Assembly: GCA_902543665.1 (NCBI GenBank)
Contig: CACBZI010000001.1
Location: 603-64,602 of the forward strand
Reading direction: 5' to 3'
DNA from: an uncultured Pelagibacteraceae bacterium
GTDB lineage: Bacteria > Pseudomonadota > Alphaproteobacteria > Pelagibacterales > Pelagibacteraceae
Length of the DNA: 64,000 nucleotides
In this document: positions 27,146 through 35,917 of the stretch, piece by piece
Numbering within the stretch: position 1 is the stretch's first letter
Layout of the letters: each line of letters opens with the position of its first letter
Position numbers and translations under genes: made by a program
Notes under the pieces: model-generated
Told to the model about the DNA's origin: nothing
Database searches by the model: none
What the model saw: the letters and a program-made list of their open reading frames with translations, nothing else

Positions 27146-28478
27146 ATTTTACTCCTAATGTCCTCATAATTTTTAAAAAAGATGGTGACGATGTATAAAC
27201 AGTTTCAAAATTTTGAATTTTAATTTTTGCACCAATTAAAATAGCTAAAATAAATGATGACATACAAATTCGGTGATCACCTAAGGATGGAACAATGATT
27301 TTTTTTTCTTTGATCTCTAAAATATCTTTTCCATATATTTTTAATTCATTATTTTTAGATACACTTTTAATGCCGATTTGCTTTATAATTTTCTGCATCT
27401 CTTTTATTCTATTACTTTCTTTGTTTGCTAAGTCAGCAATACCTTTGAACACTGAAATTCCTTTTGTTAATGCAGCAATCACAAAAAGTATAGGATATTC
27501 ATCTGTTGAATTTACGTAATATTTTCTAGAGGCATTAATAGATCTCATTTTCGAACTTTGAATAATAATATCTCCCCGTAGTTCATTATTTTTTTTTACA
27601 CAGTTCTTAAATTTAATTTTTGCACCATGATTCTTTAAGATTTCATAAAAACCTGTCCTAGTTTTATTTAGCCCAACTTTTTTTATTTTTAGAAGTGAAT
27701 TTTTATTTAAAAGAGTCAAAGCAGTAAAAAAAGCTGCAGATGATGGGTCACCCGGAATACTAAAATTTATTGGATTAATATATTTTTTTCCGAAAATATT
27801 AATAAATTTTTTCTTTTTATTTTTTATTCTGATCAAGTGATTATTTTTTGAAAGCATGTTTTCTGTGTGATCTCTGCTTTTAAATTCCTCAACAATTTCA
27901 GTGTTGCCGAATGAATTTAAGCCAGCGAAAATCACAGCACTCTTGAGTTGAGCAGATACACCAGCCCTGTAATTTATACCTATAGGCATTTGAGTAGAAA
28001 TAATTTTAAGTGGAAAATAATATTTTTTTTTTGGAAGAAATGTTGCTCCGAACTCGGACATTAATTCAATTAGTTTTCTCATATTTCTTTTATTTAAAGA
28101 CTTGTCCCCCCTAACTCTCACTTCAATATCTGGAGTTGTAGAAAGTATGCCTAATAGAAGTCTAGCTAAAGTACCAGAATTACCAAAATTAAGTTCTGAA
28201 TTTTTTTTTGCATATAATGAACCCAGACCTTTACCGTAAATTAGATATTCTTTTGAATTAGTTTTTTTAATTTTCACACCTAATTTCCTTAAACAATTTA
28301 TACAAGAGAATACATCTTCAGACTCCAATACATTTTTAACGGAAGATATATTTTGACTAATTGCACCTATTAAAAAACTTCTAATAGACATAGATTTATC
28401 TGAGTCAACAAGAATAGATTTTTTAAATGGCTTTATTTTATAATTTACAATTAAATTGAATTTAGATGAATACATCAA
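27129..28478 (-). CDS. aroA: 3-phosphoshikimate 1-carboxyvinyltransferase
   Basis: DKSMSIR, GNSGT, SAQLKSA, RDHTENML, PGDPSSAAF, KESNR, DHRICMS. Confidence 0.94.
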   Translation of the reverse strand: MMYSSKFNLIVNYKIKPFKKSILVDSDKSMSIRSFLIGAISQNISSVKNVLESEDVFSCINCLRKLGVKIKKTNSKEYLIYGKGLGSLYAKKNSELNFGNSGTLARLLLGILSTTPDIEVRVRGDKSLNKRNMRKLIELMSEFGATFLPKKKYYFPLKIISTQMPIGINYRAGVSAQLKSAVIFAGLNSFGNTEIVEEFKSRDHTENMLSKNNHLIRIKNKKKKFINIFGKKYINPINFSIPGDPSSAAFFTALTLLNKNSLLKIKKVGLNKTRTGFYEILKNHGAKIKFKNCVKKNNELRGDIIIQSSKMRSINASRKYYVNSTDEYPILFVIAALTKGISVFKGIADLANKESNRIKEMQKIIKQIGIKSVSKNNELKIYGKDILEIKEKKIIVPSLGDHRICMSSFILAILIGAKIKIQNFETVYTSSPSFLKIMRTLGVKFEVQK

Positions 28479-28481
28479 TAT

Positions 28482-29237
28482 TTAAGAGAATTGTGATCCA
28501 AAATATTGTTCAATAGCTTTTGTTGATTTTAATAATTCTCTAGAAGTACCTTCTGCAATAACTGTATGTTCTCCTAGCACGTAACTTCTATCAGTTATAT
28601 CAAATAAATTTTTTACATTATGATCAGTAACCAATATAGCTGTGCCACTAGATTGAATTTTTAAAATATATTTTTGTATATCTTGAATAACCAATGGATC
28701 TAATGCGGCCAGTGGTTCGTCTAACAAAACTATTTTTGGCTTTTTAATCATTACTCTGGCCATCATAAGTCTTCTTATCTCACCACCTGATAATACAGAT
28801 GCATTTAATGTTCTTAGATGTTGTAAATTGAATTCATCTAAAAGTTTCTCCGTAACTGCTTTTTGATTTTCTGCACTTGAAATCGAAATTTGTGCTATGC
28901 CTAAAATATTATCATATACAGACATATTAAAAACACTTCGTTGTTGAGGCAAATAACCTAAGCCTTCGTTTGATCTTAAATGTATGGGTATCTGTTCAAT
29001 AGATTTTGAATTTAAGTAAATCTTACCACCTTCTACATTTTGCTCACCAATACACATTGAAAACAAAGTAGTCTTCCCGCATCCATTAGGACCAAGAACA
29101 CCAACACATTCGCCTGGAAAAACTTTAAGAGAAAGTTTTTTTAAAATCGGTCTTCCATCAAATGATTTACTGACATCTTTTACTTCAAATATCGGTTTAT
29201 CTTTTTTAAATTTTAAAATTCTAAATCCTTTTTTCAT
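28482..29237 (-). CDS. lptB: LPS export ABC transporter ATP-binding protein
   Basis: GPNGCGKTT, GYLPQ, LSGGE, LLDEP, TDHNV; follows lptC. Confidence 0.92.
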   Translation of the reverse strand: MKKGFRILKFKKDKPIFEVKDVSKSFDGRPILKKLSLKVFPGECVGVLGPNGCGKTTLFSMCIGEQNVEGGKIYLNSKSIEQIPIHLRSNEGLGYLPQQRSVFNMSVYDNILGIAQISISSAENQKAVTEKLLDEFNLQHLRTLNASVLSGGEIRRLMMARVMIKKPKIVLLDEPLAALDPLVIQDIQKYILKIQSSGTAILVTDHNVKNLFDITDRSYVLGEHTVIAEGTSRELLKSTKAIEQYFGSQFS

Positions 29238-29241
29238 AAAT

Positions 29242-29847
29242 TTATTTTAAATTAATATTAGCATTAATTTTACCATCATTAAAAGATGCTATATTTAGTG
29301 TTTGTTTTTTTATATCAAATAAAAGTTTATCTGCAAACATAGTACCCTTTTTATCTTTTATTTTAACGCCATCTGAAATTATTAGGTAGCTGTTTGAATT
29401 AGAATATTCAGCTTTTTGAGCAAAAAGTTCACTTTCTTCGTAAATTGCCTTTACATTTTTTTCAAAAGTCATATCTAAGGTTTTATTATTATATTCCCCT
29501 TTATTAGAATATACGTATAAGACAGTATCATCCTTAAAATAAAAAACTGACTCCACAAATTTCATATAAACGATTTCTTGATTTGATTTATTAGAAAAAG
29601 CTTCTTCTGCTTTAAGAATATATCTATTTCCTGCAAGATCTAGACCTGAATACTCAATATTAAAAAATATATCTTTATCTTGAGACTCTCCCTCCAATTG
29701 TTTTTTTATTTTTTGTTGAGTTTCTACAGGGACAATCAAATCTTTAGAGGAATTTTCTCTACCATAATAAGTAAAAAATATAATAAGGATACCAAATATA
29801 AATAAACTTATTTGTATAATTCTTAATTTTTTTTTTCTATCTGTCAC
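29242..29847 (-). CDS. lptC: LPS export protein LptC (beta-jellyroll)
   Basis: Single N-terminal TM, YSGLD...YILKAEEA, beta-rich repeats; kdsD-lptC-lptB context. Confidence 0.75.
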   Translation of the reverse strand: MTDRKKKLRIIQISLFIFGILIIFFTYYGRENSSKDLIVPVETQQKIKKQLEGESQDKDIFFNIEYSGLDLAGNRYILKAEEAFSNKSNQEIVYMKFVESVFYFKDDTVLYVYSNKGEYNNKTLDMTFEKNVKAIYEESELFAQKAEYSNSNSYLIISDGVKIKDKKGTMFADKLLFDIKKQTLNIASFNDGKINANINLK

Positions 29848-30821
29848 TTTATCCCATTTTTTAATAAAAAATGTATATGTATGATGCCTTTAAGAACTTT
29901 TTTGTCTTTCTTGAAATCTTTATCCGAAACAACTAAAAGACTTGTAATCTTTTTTTCATTCATAATTGCCAAAGCTTTTGAAGCTGTCATATTTTCATTA
30001 ACTATAAAAGGATTTTTAGTCATAAAATTATCTAAACTTTTGTTATTTGAATAATTTTTTAATTCCCTTCTTAGATCCCCGTCAGTTACTATACCTATGA
30101 TAAAATTATTTTTTAATATAACAACTATTCCAAGTTTTTTTTGATTTATTACTTTTAAAGCATCTTTAAAACTTTTTTTATAATTTATAATTGGCATTTT
30201 ATGTCCTTTTACCATTATATCTTTGGCTAGAAGCAGAGTGTTGCCTATATTTCCACCTGGGTGAAACACTTTAAATTTTTCTTTAGAAAATTTTTTTTGA
30301 TGCATCACAGATGCAGCAAGACAGTCACCAAGTAGTAAAGTAATTGAAGTGCTTGATGTAGGAACCAAACCAGTAAGATCAGATTCTTTTACCTTTGGAA
30401 GTAAAATTTTGATATCGCTAGCCTTCAACAAAATACTATCCGACTTTGAAGCTATACCAATAATCTTTATTCTATACCTATTAGCGTATTTTAACATATT
30501 TGTTAATTCCGTTGTATTACCAGAATAAGAAATAATAATTAAAATATCTTTTTTTTCTAATTGACCCATGTCACCATGTAATGCTTGTGCGGGATCACAA
30601 AAGAAACTTGGAATTCCGATACTAGAAAAGGTAGCTGAAATTTTCCTTGCTATTAAACCTGACTTTCCGATTCCTGCAAATACAACCTTTCCTCTACACT
30701 GCAGAATATGATCAACAGCTTTTATAAAAGAATGATTAAAAACTTTTTTTATTTTTTTTAATTCATTTATTTGGATATCTGCTGACTTTTTTGCTTGTGT
30801 TATATAACTTTTTTTATTCAT
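29844..30821 (-). CDS. kdsD: Arabinose-5-phosphate isomerase (KpsF/GutQ family; SIS + CBS)
   Basis: GIGKSG, ALHGDMG, SYSGNT, PTSS, FHPGG, TDGDLRR. Confidence 0.93.
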   Translation of the reverse strand: MNKKSYITQAKKSADIQINELKKIKKVFNHSFIKAVDHILQCRGKVVFAGIGKSGLIARKISATFSSIGIPSFFCDPAQALHGDMGQLEKKDILIIISYSGNTTELTNMLKYANRYRIKIIGIASKSDSILLKASDIKILLPKVKESDLTGLVPTSSTSITLLLGDCLAASVMHQKKFSKEKFKVFHPGGNIGNTLLLAKDIMVKGHKMPIINYKKSFKDALKVINQKKLGIVVILKNNFIIGIVTDGDLRRELKNYSNNKSLDNFMTKNPFIVNENMTASKALAIMNEKKITSLLVVSDKDFKKDKKVLKGIIHIHFLLKNGIK

Positions 30822-31444
30822 TAGTGTTCAAAAATATCTTCTTTGAAACCTTTTTGATCTAGTTCTATGCGAGTATCTAAAAAACTTATACATCTTTTAA
30901 ATACCTCCATTCTTTTTTCGCGTAACAACATAATTTCCAGCTCTTTTTTAATTTTATGCAAATATATGACATCATTTGCTGCATACTCTAATTGCTTGTC
31001 TGTTAGTTCATTTATATCTTTATTCCAATCACTACTACCTTGTCTTTTATCTAAAGACTTATTACAGAACTCTTGTACTAAGTTTTTTAAACCATGAGCG
31101 TCTGTATAAGTTCTTACAATTTTAGACGCTATTTTGGTATCAAATATGTTTTTTAATTTACACTTTAAAAAATATTCTAAGGAACTTTTATCAAACCTTA
31201 AAAAATGTCCTATCTTAAGAATTTTTTCATTCTCTAGAACGGAAACTAAGTTAGGAGCTTTATAATTTTCTTTATTAGGTTGAATAATGTAAACTTCATT
31301 ATTTTCATTACATATTTGAATAAGACTAAGCTTATCTCTTTCAGGGATTTGAAGGCCAGTTGCCTCAGTATCAATCGCTACACTATTTTTAAAAGAATCA
31401 GCTATCTCTGAAGTTATGTCCTCTTTAATCTTTGTTATTTTCAT
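30821..31444 (-). CDS. rnd: Ribonuclease D-like 3'-5' exonuclease
   Basis: VAIDTEATGL, HFLRFD, DTKIAS, SDW, YAANDV; ATG 31444 avoids overlap with the divergent gene. Confidence 0.88.
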   Translation of the reverse strand: MKITKIKEDITSEIADSFKNSVAIDTEATGLQIPERDKLSLIQICNENNEVYIIQPNKENYKAPNLVSVLENEKILKIGHFLRFDKSSLEYFLKCKLKNIFDTKIASKIVRTYTDAHGLKNLVQEFCNKSLDKRQGSSDWNKDINELTDKQLEYAANDVIYLHKIKKELEIMLLREKRMEVFKRCISFLDTRIELDQKGFKEDIFEH

Positions 31445-31461
31445 ATATAAATCTAAATACC

Positions 31462-32406
31462 ATGAAAAACCAAATTTGCACAATTCTTGGTGGTGGGGGT
31501 TTTATAGGAAGATATCTTGTTCGAAATTTGACCAAGAAAAACTATAGATGTATTATTACTACAAGAAAACCCTTTCAAAAAGGGTATTTAAAGACTCAGG
31601 CAACACCAGGTGCCATTGAACTCTTAGACTGGAACCCGAATAATTTTTCGGATTTAAAAGAATCAATTGAAAATTCAGATGTAGTAGTGAATTTAATTGG
31701 TATACTCTTTGAGAACAGAAAACAAAAATTTTATAATATTCATTCTAAAATTCCCGAAACTGTTGCCAAGATTTGCTCTAAGTCGAGTGTAAAAAAATTT
31801 ATTCATGTCAGCGCAATTGGGGCAAACGACAAATCAAAATCTCTTTATCAAAAATCAAAATTCCTTGGGGAACAAAAAGCATTAGAGAATTTTAAAAAAA
31901 CAGTAATCATAAGACCAAGTGTCGTTTGTGGTCCTGAAGATAATTTTACTAATCTTTTTTCTAAATTAAGTATATTACCTGTAATTCCGGTTGTTGGTAA
32001 AAATTATAAATTTCAACCAATTTTAGTTTCAGATGTTGTTAGCTCGATTTTAAAAGCAATTGAAACTAAAAATAACGAAAGTAAAATTTATGAAATCGGA
32101 GGACCAAAAATAATTAGTTTTGGAGATATGGTTAATTCAATTTTATCTACTATTAATAAAAAAAGATTTGTTGTTGAAATGCCAATGGCAATTGCAAAAA
32201 TACAGAGTACCATAACGGATTTACTTCCTTTCCCTCCGATTTTAACAAGAGACCAATGCGAAATTTTATCTGAAGCAGATAATGTTGTTTCCAATAATCA
32301 TCTAACATTAAAAGATCTTGATATAGATCCAACAGATGTTGAAGAGGAGATGAAAAAATGGTTATGGAGATATAAAGACGGCGGCCAGTTCGCTAAAGTA
32401 CAATGA
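31462..32406 (+). CDS. Complex I NDUFA9-like NAD-dependent epimerase/dehydratase
   Basis: GGGGFIGRY, VVNLIGIL, HVSAIGA, YQKSK, IIRPS, FQPILVSDV, YEIGGP. Confidence 0.88.
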   Translation: MKNQICTILGGGGFIGRYLVRNLTKKNYRCIITTRKPFQKGYLKTQATPGAIELLDWNPNNFSDLKESIENSDVVVNLIGILFENRKQKFYNIHSKIPETVAKICSKSSVKKFIHVSAIGANDKSKSLYQKSKFLGEQKALENFKKTVIIRPSVVCGPEDNFTNLFSKLSILPVIPVVGKNYKFQPILVSDVVSSILKAIETKNNESKIYEIGGPKIISFGDMVNSILSTINKKRFVVEMPMAIAKIQSTITDLLPFPPILTRDQCEILSEADNVVSNNHLTLKDLDIDPTDVEEEMKKWLWRYKDGGQFAKVQ

Positions 32407-32747
32407 AAAGTATAAGTTTATTTAGTGGATATATTTATTTAATTCTTGCAGTAATTACGGGTATTGTTACTAACAGTTTTCTTAAGACTACTGAAAGTTT
32501 TACCAAGCTCACACCAACAATTTTTTGCATCACAAGTATTGTTGTTTGTATTTTTTGTTTATCAAAAGCAATGACTATAATACCTGTTGGATTTACTTAT
32601 GCGACTTACGGAGCATTAACGATAACTGCAGTTACATTATTTGGAATATTTAAATACAATCAAACTCCTAATCTTTATGGTACTGTTGGATTAATTTTAA
32701 TTGTTTCAGGAGTTATACTTTTAAACCTTTTTGGTAAATTAAAGTAA
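32403..32747 (+). CDS. Small multidrug resistance (SMR/DMT) family transporter
   Basis: Four TMs, LKTTESFTK, IPVGFTYA; the conserved TM1 Glu appears replaced by Gly. Confidence 0.8.
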   Translation: MKSISLFSGYIYLILAVITGIVTNSFLKTTESFTKLTPTIFCITSIVVCIFCLSKAMTIIPVGFTYATYGALTITAVTLFGIFKYNQTPNLYGTVGLILIVSGVILLNLFGKLK

Positions 32748-32748
32748 A

Positions 32749-32772
32749 CCCCTGATGTTTTTAAATCAGGGG
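32749..32772. terminator. Hairpin between convergent genes (probably a bidirectional terminator)
   Basis: CCCCTGAT-gtttttaa-ATCAGGGG. Confidence 0.65.
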
Positions 32773-32791
32773 CATTTAATTACTTTATAAA

Positions 32792-32989
32792 CTAATTATT
32801 TAAAGATGCTGTGATAGGTTCTTTATTTTTGTCAGCTCTTTTTTCAGCGATTTTTTTCTCGATACTAGCTATCTTTAGATCAATCTTTGATAGTTTTTTT
32901 TGTTTAGTGCTTATCTTATTTTTAAGCTTATCGATTGATTTTAGTATTTTTTTCTTTTTCTTTTCGTTTTTTTTTAACTTTTTTTTCAT
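32792..32989 (-). CDS. Small Lys-rich coiled-coil protein, 65 aa
   Basis: Strong SD GGAGG-AACAAT-ATG; heptad Ile/Leu pattern; 24 Lys; terminator downstream. Confidence 0.65.
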   Translation of the reverse strand: MKKKLKKNEKKKKKILKSIDKLKNKISTKQKKLSKIDLKIASIEKKIAEKRADKNKEPITASLNN

Positions 32990-33091
32990 ATTGTTCCTCC
33001 AAAAAAGAAAAATCTAAAATAATCTAAAAAATTTTTCAAATGAAATTAAGAAAAATCTTTTAAACTAAAGGTTGAAAAGATTTAGAAAATC

Positions 33092-33988
33092 CTACGGAAC
33101 TAATAAATTTATAAATCTGTCTGTTTTTTGGATTTCAAGACTGTTTACGTAACCACAATTTTCACCATCAACTTGTGATAGAACTTTATTGTTTACACCA
33201 TTTATTTTTAATCTGTTCAATTCTTTTTTAATTACACTTTTTGCAGGAGTTAAGTCGCCTTTGGTTAAAATTAACCAAACATAATAAAGTAATTTTATTC
33301 TGGTCAGGTCTTTAAATATGTAAGCCACTATCCTGTTTTCAAATATATTGGTATCATTAGTTATAGAATGGGGACCAGCATAGTATTTTGAATTAGTACA
33401 TAAAATCCAATCAGCCATAATTTTTTCATTATCTACCTTAACCTCCATTTTATTATTTTTTAAAAATAAAAAATGCTGAAAACCTTTTAAAGCGAAAATT
33501 ACTTTTCCAAGATACTTTTTAATATTAGTATTTATGGACTCAACAATTCGAGAGTCAAAACCTACACCAGCCATCAAGAAAAAGTACTTATCATTTATTT
33601 TTGCTAATGAAATTTTCTTATGATTATCTGATACTAGGACGTTGTAAATCTCCTCCGCCTTTTTTTTAATTTGAGTTTCTATTTGTAAAATATTTGCAGT
33701 GCCAGCAGGTATGTATCCAACTAATTTGTCTTTTAGATTATCACTTTTAAACATTTCATTAATACCAAAACATACGCTCCCGTCACCGCCAGCAAATACT
33801 AACCGATCAAATTTTTTATTAGACAATTCTTTAAATACATTCCTTGCATGATCCTCGCTTTCGGTTTTAAAAAGATCTACAATATGATTTTTTTCTAAAA
33901 GATTAATGACCTTGTTAATTAATTTAAGTTTTCTACCACCTGCTGCATTTGAGTTAAATATCACCGCAAAATTCAATTTTTTATTCAT
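33092..33988 (-). CDS. Diacylglycerol kinase-family lipid kinase (YegS/DgkB/BmrU)
   Basis: IFNSNAAGG, AGGDGS, IPAGTAN, AGVGFDS, NSKYYAG, QVDGE. Confidence 0.88.
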   Translation of the reverse strand: MNKKLNFAVIFNSNAAGGRKLKLINKVINLLEKNHIVDLFKTESEDHARNVFKELSNKKFDRLVFAGGDGSVCFGINEMFKSDNLKDKLVGYIPAGTANILQIETQIKKKAEEIYNVLVSDNHKKISLAKINDKYFFLMAGVGFDSRIVESINTNIKKYLGKVIFALKGFQHFLFLKNNKMEVKVDNEKIMADWILCTNSKYYAGPHSITNDTNIFENRIVAYIFKDLTRIKLLYYVWLILTKGDLTPAKSVIKKELNRLKINGVNNKVLSQVDGENCGYVNSLEIQKTDRFINLLVP

Positions 33989-33989
33989 A

Positions 33990-34011
33990 TTTTAACAATT
34001 CTGTAACATAT
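33990..34011 (+). promoter_or_regulatory. Pho box upstream of plcP
   Basis: TTTTAAC-AATT-CTGTAAC-ATAT: two 11-bp-spaced repeats like the PhoB consensus CTGTCAT-N4-CTGT(C/A)A(C/T). Confidence 0.7.
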
Positions 34012-34051
34012 TTATGATTCTACTTGTACTAGAGATTCGTTTTATAAAAAT

Positions 34052-34867
34052 ATGGTAACAATTCAAACTAAATCTGAGGGAAAGATTTTAAATTACAAAA
34101 GCATCTTTATTTCCGACTTGCACCTTGGGCATAGAAAAAGTGCAGCAAACAAATTATTAGAATTTTACAAACATTCAAGGTCAGAGAATTTATATCTTGT
34201 TGGTGATATCATTGATGTTTGGGCTTTAAAAACAAAATTTTACTGGCCTCAAGAACATAATGATGTGATTCAAAAAACATTAAGAAAAGCAAGACATGGA
34301 ACAAAAGTAAAATATATTGTTGGAAATCATGATGATGTCTTCAGAAAATTTTTACCATTACATTTTGGCGATATTGAAGTTGTAAATAGAGCCATACATG
34401 TAAGCTCAGATAATAAAAAGTATATTGTTGTTCATGGTGATGCCTGGGATGGAGTGATGAAATATGCTCCATGGTTATCAAAAGTAGGAGCTATTGCTTA
34501 TAGTTTTTTACTTGAGTTTAATGTTGTTATCAATTTTTTTAGAAGATTATTTAAAAAGGGTAATTGGTCTTTAGCAAAATATTTAAAACACAAAGTAAAG
34601 AACGCTGTAAAATATATAGGCGATTATGAAAAAACTTTAGCAACTTATGCTAAAAAAAAAAATGTTGATGGTATAATTTGTGGTCATATTCATCATTCTG
34701 CCGATCAAGTCTTAGATGGTGTGAGATATTTAAATTGTGGTGATTGGGTAGAAGGTGCAACTTTCTTGGTAGAACATTTCGATGGTCGCATGGAAGTTAT
34801 TGACTGGGACAAAATCAGAGGTGATGTTGTCGATTACAAGCCATATCTAAAAGTAGTAAATAAATAA
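34052..34867 (+). CDS. plcP: Phosphate-starvation phospholipase C (LpxH-like metallophosphoesterase)
   Basis: ISDLHLG, LYLVGDIID, YWPQEHNDV, GNHD, HGD, ICGHIH, NCGDWVE; adjacent GT4 and Pho box. Confidence 0.88.
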   Translation: MVTIQTKSEGKILNYKSIFISDLHLGHRKSAANKLLEFYKHSRSENLYLVGDIIDVWALKTKFYWPQEHNDVIQKTLRKARHGTKVKYIVGNHDDVFRKFLPLHFGDIEVVNRAIHVSSDNKKYIVVHGDAWDGVMKYAPWLSKVGAIAYSFLLEFNVVINFFRRLFKKGNWSLAKYLKHKVKNAVKYIGDYEKTLATYAKKKNVDGIICGHIHHSADQVLDGVRYLNCGDWVEGATFLVEHFDGRMEVIDWDKIRGDVVDYKPYLKVVNK

Positions 34868-35875
34868 ATGAAAATTTTAATCGTTACTGATGCCTGGTAT
34901 CCGCAAGTGAATGGTGTTTGTAGAACTTTAAAAAATCTTGGCGATGAATTAAAAAAAATTGGACATCAGGTTGAATATATTGAACCTAATCAATTTTTTA
35001 CTGTGCCAATGCCAAAATATAATGAAATAAAACTTTCTCTTAATGTTTGGCCTAGAGTAGGTAGATTAATTTCTAAAGCCGATGCTGACATAATTCACAT
35101 AGCAACAGAAGGCCCGATAGGAATATTTGCAAAAAGATATTGTGTAAAAAATAAGCTTAAGTTTACCACGTCTTACCATACTCAATTTGATAAATATTTG
35201 AAGTTATACTATCCTTATTTGCCAATTAAGCTTGCTCAAAAGTTCCTTAAAGGATTTCATTCAAAGGCGGAAAAAATTTTAGTAACAACTCAATCAATGA
35301 AAGATGAACTTCAAGAAATTGGTTTTGATAAGGATAAGATGGTTGTTTGGACCAGAGGGGCAAACCACGGGGCATTTCAAAAGCCTAAAAAGATTAATTT
35401 AGAGTATAAAAGACCAATTTATCTTTATGTGGGTAGGGTATCTATTGAGAAGAACATCAGAGCATTTCTGGATTTAGAGTTAGAAGGCACGAAACTAGTT
35501 GTTGGTAAAGGACCTGATTTAGATAAACTTAAAAAAGAATACCCTGAAGCAATATTTAAAGGAGAGAGAACAAATGGTGAGCTTGCAAGTTACTTTACTT
35601 CTTCTGATGTTTTTGTTTTCCCGAGCAAAACAGATACTTTTGGAATTGTAATTATAGAAGCTTTAAAATGTGGATTGCCAGTAGCTGCTTACCCAGTAGC
35701 AGGACCAAAAGATATTTTTAACGGTACAAACATTGGCTCGTTAAACAACGATCTTAAAAAAGCAGCACTTGAAGCTCTTAAGTCAGATAGAAGCGCTTGC
35801 ATTGAGCATGCAAAAAAATATACCTGGGAAAATTGCGCAAAAATCTTTTTAAATAGTGCGGTATCAAACCGCTAA
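34868..35875 (+). CDS. agt: GT4 glycosyltransferase for glycolipid synthesis (Agt type)
   Basis: TDAWYPQVNGV, HIATEGPIG, TTSYHT, YVGRVSIEKNI, FPSKTDTFG; directly after plcP. Confidence 0.85.
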   Translation: MKILIVTDAWYPQVNGVCRTLKNLGDELKKIGHQVEYIEPNQFFTVPMPKYNEIKLSLNVWPRVGRLISKADADIIHIATEGPIGIFAKRYCVKNKLKFTTSYHTQFDKYLKLYYPYLPIKLAQKFLKGFHSKAEKILVTTQSMKDELQEIGFDKDKMVVWTRGANHGAFQKPKKINLEYKRPIYLYVGRVSIEKNIRAFLDLELEGTKLVVGKGPDLDKLKKEYPEAIFKGERTNGELASYFTSSDVFVFPSKTDTFGIVIIEALKCGLPVAAYPVAGPKDIFNGTNIGSLNNDLKKAALEALKSDRSACIEHAKKYTWENCAKIFLNSAVSNR

Positions 35876-35917
35876 AAAATATTTCTTTAGTCTATATCTT
35901 TAAAGTATAATCAAATC

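Noticed and set aside
33011-33030. Tandem AATCTAAAAT/AATCTAAAAA upstream of the Lys-rich gene as a Pho box
   Set aside because: 10-bp period and no GT(C/A)A core; low complexity.
34052-34867. Calling this gene lpxH
   Set aside because: The YWPQEHNDV motif, adjacent GT4 and Pho box fit PlcP better.
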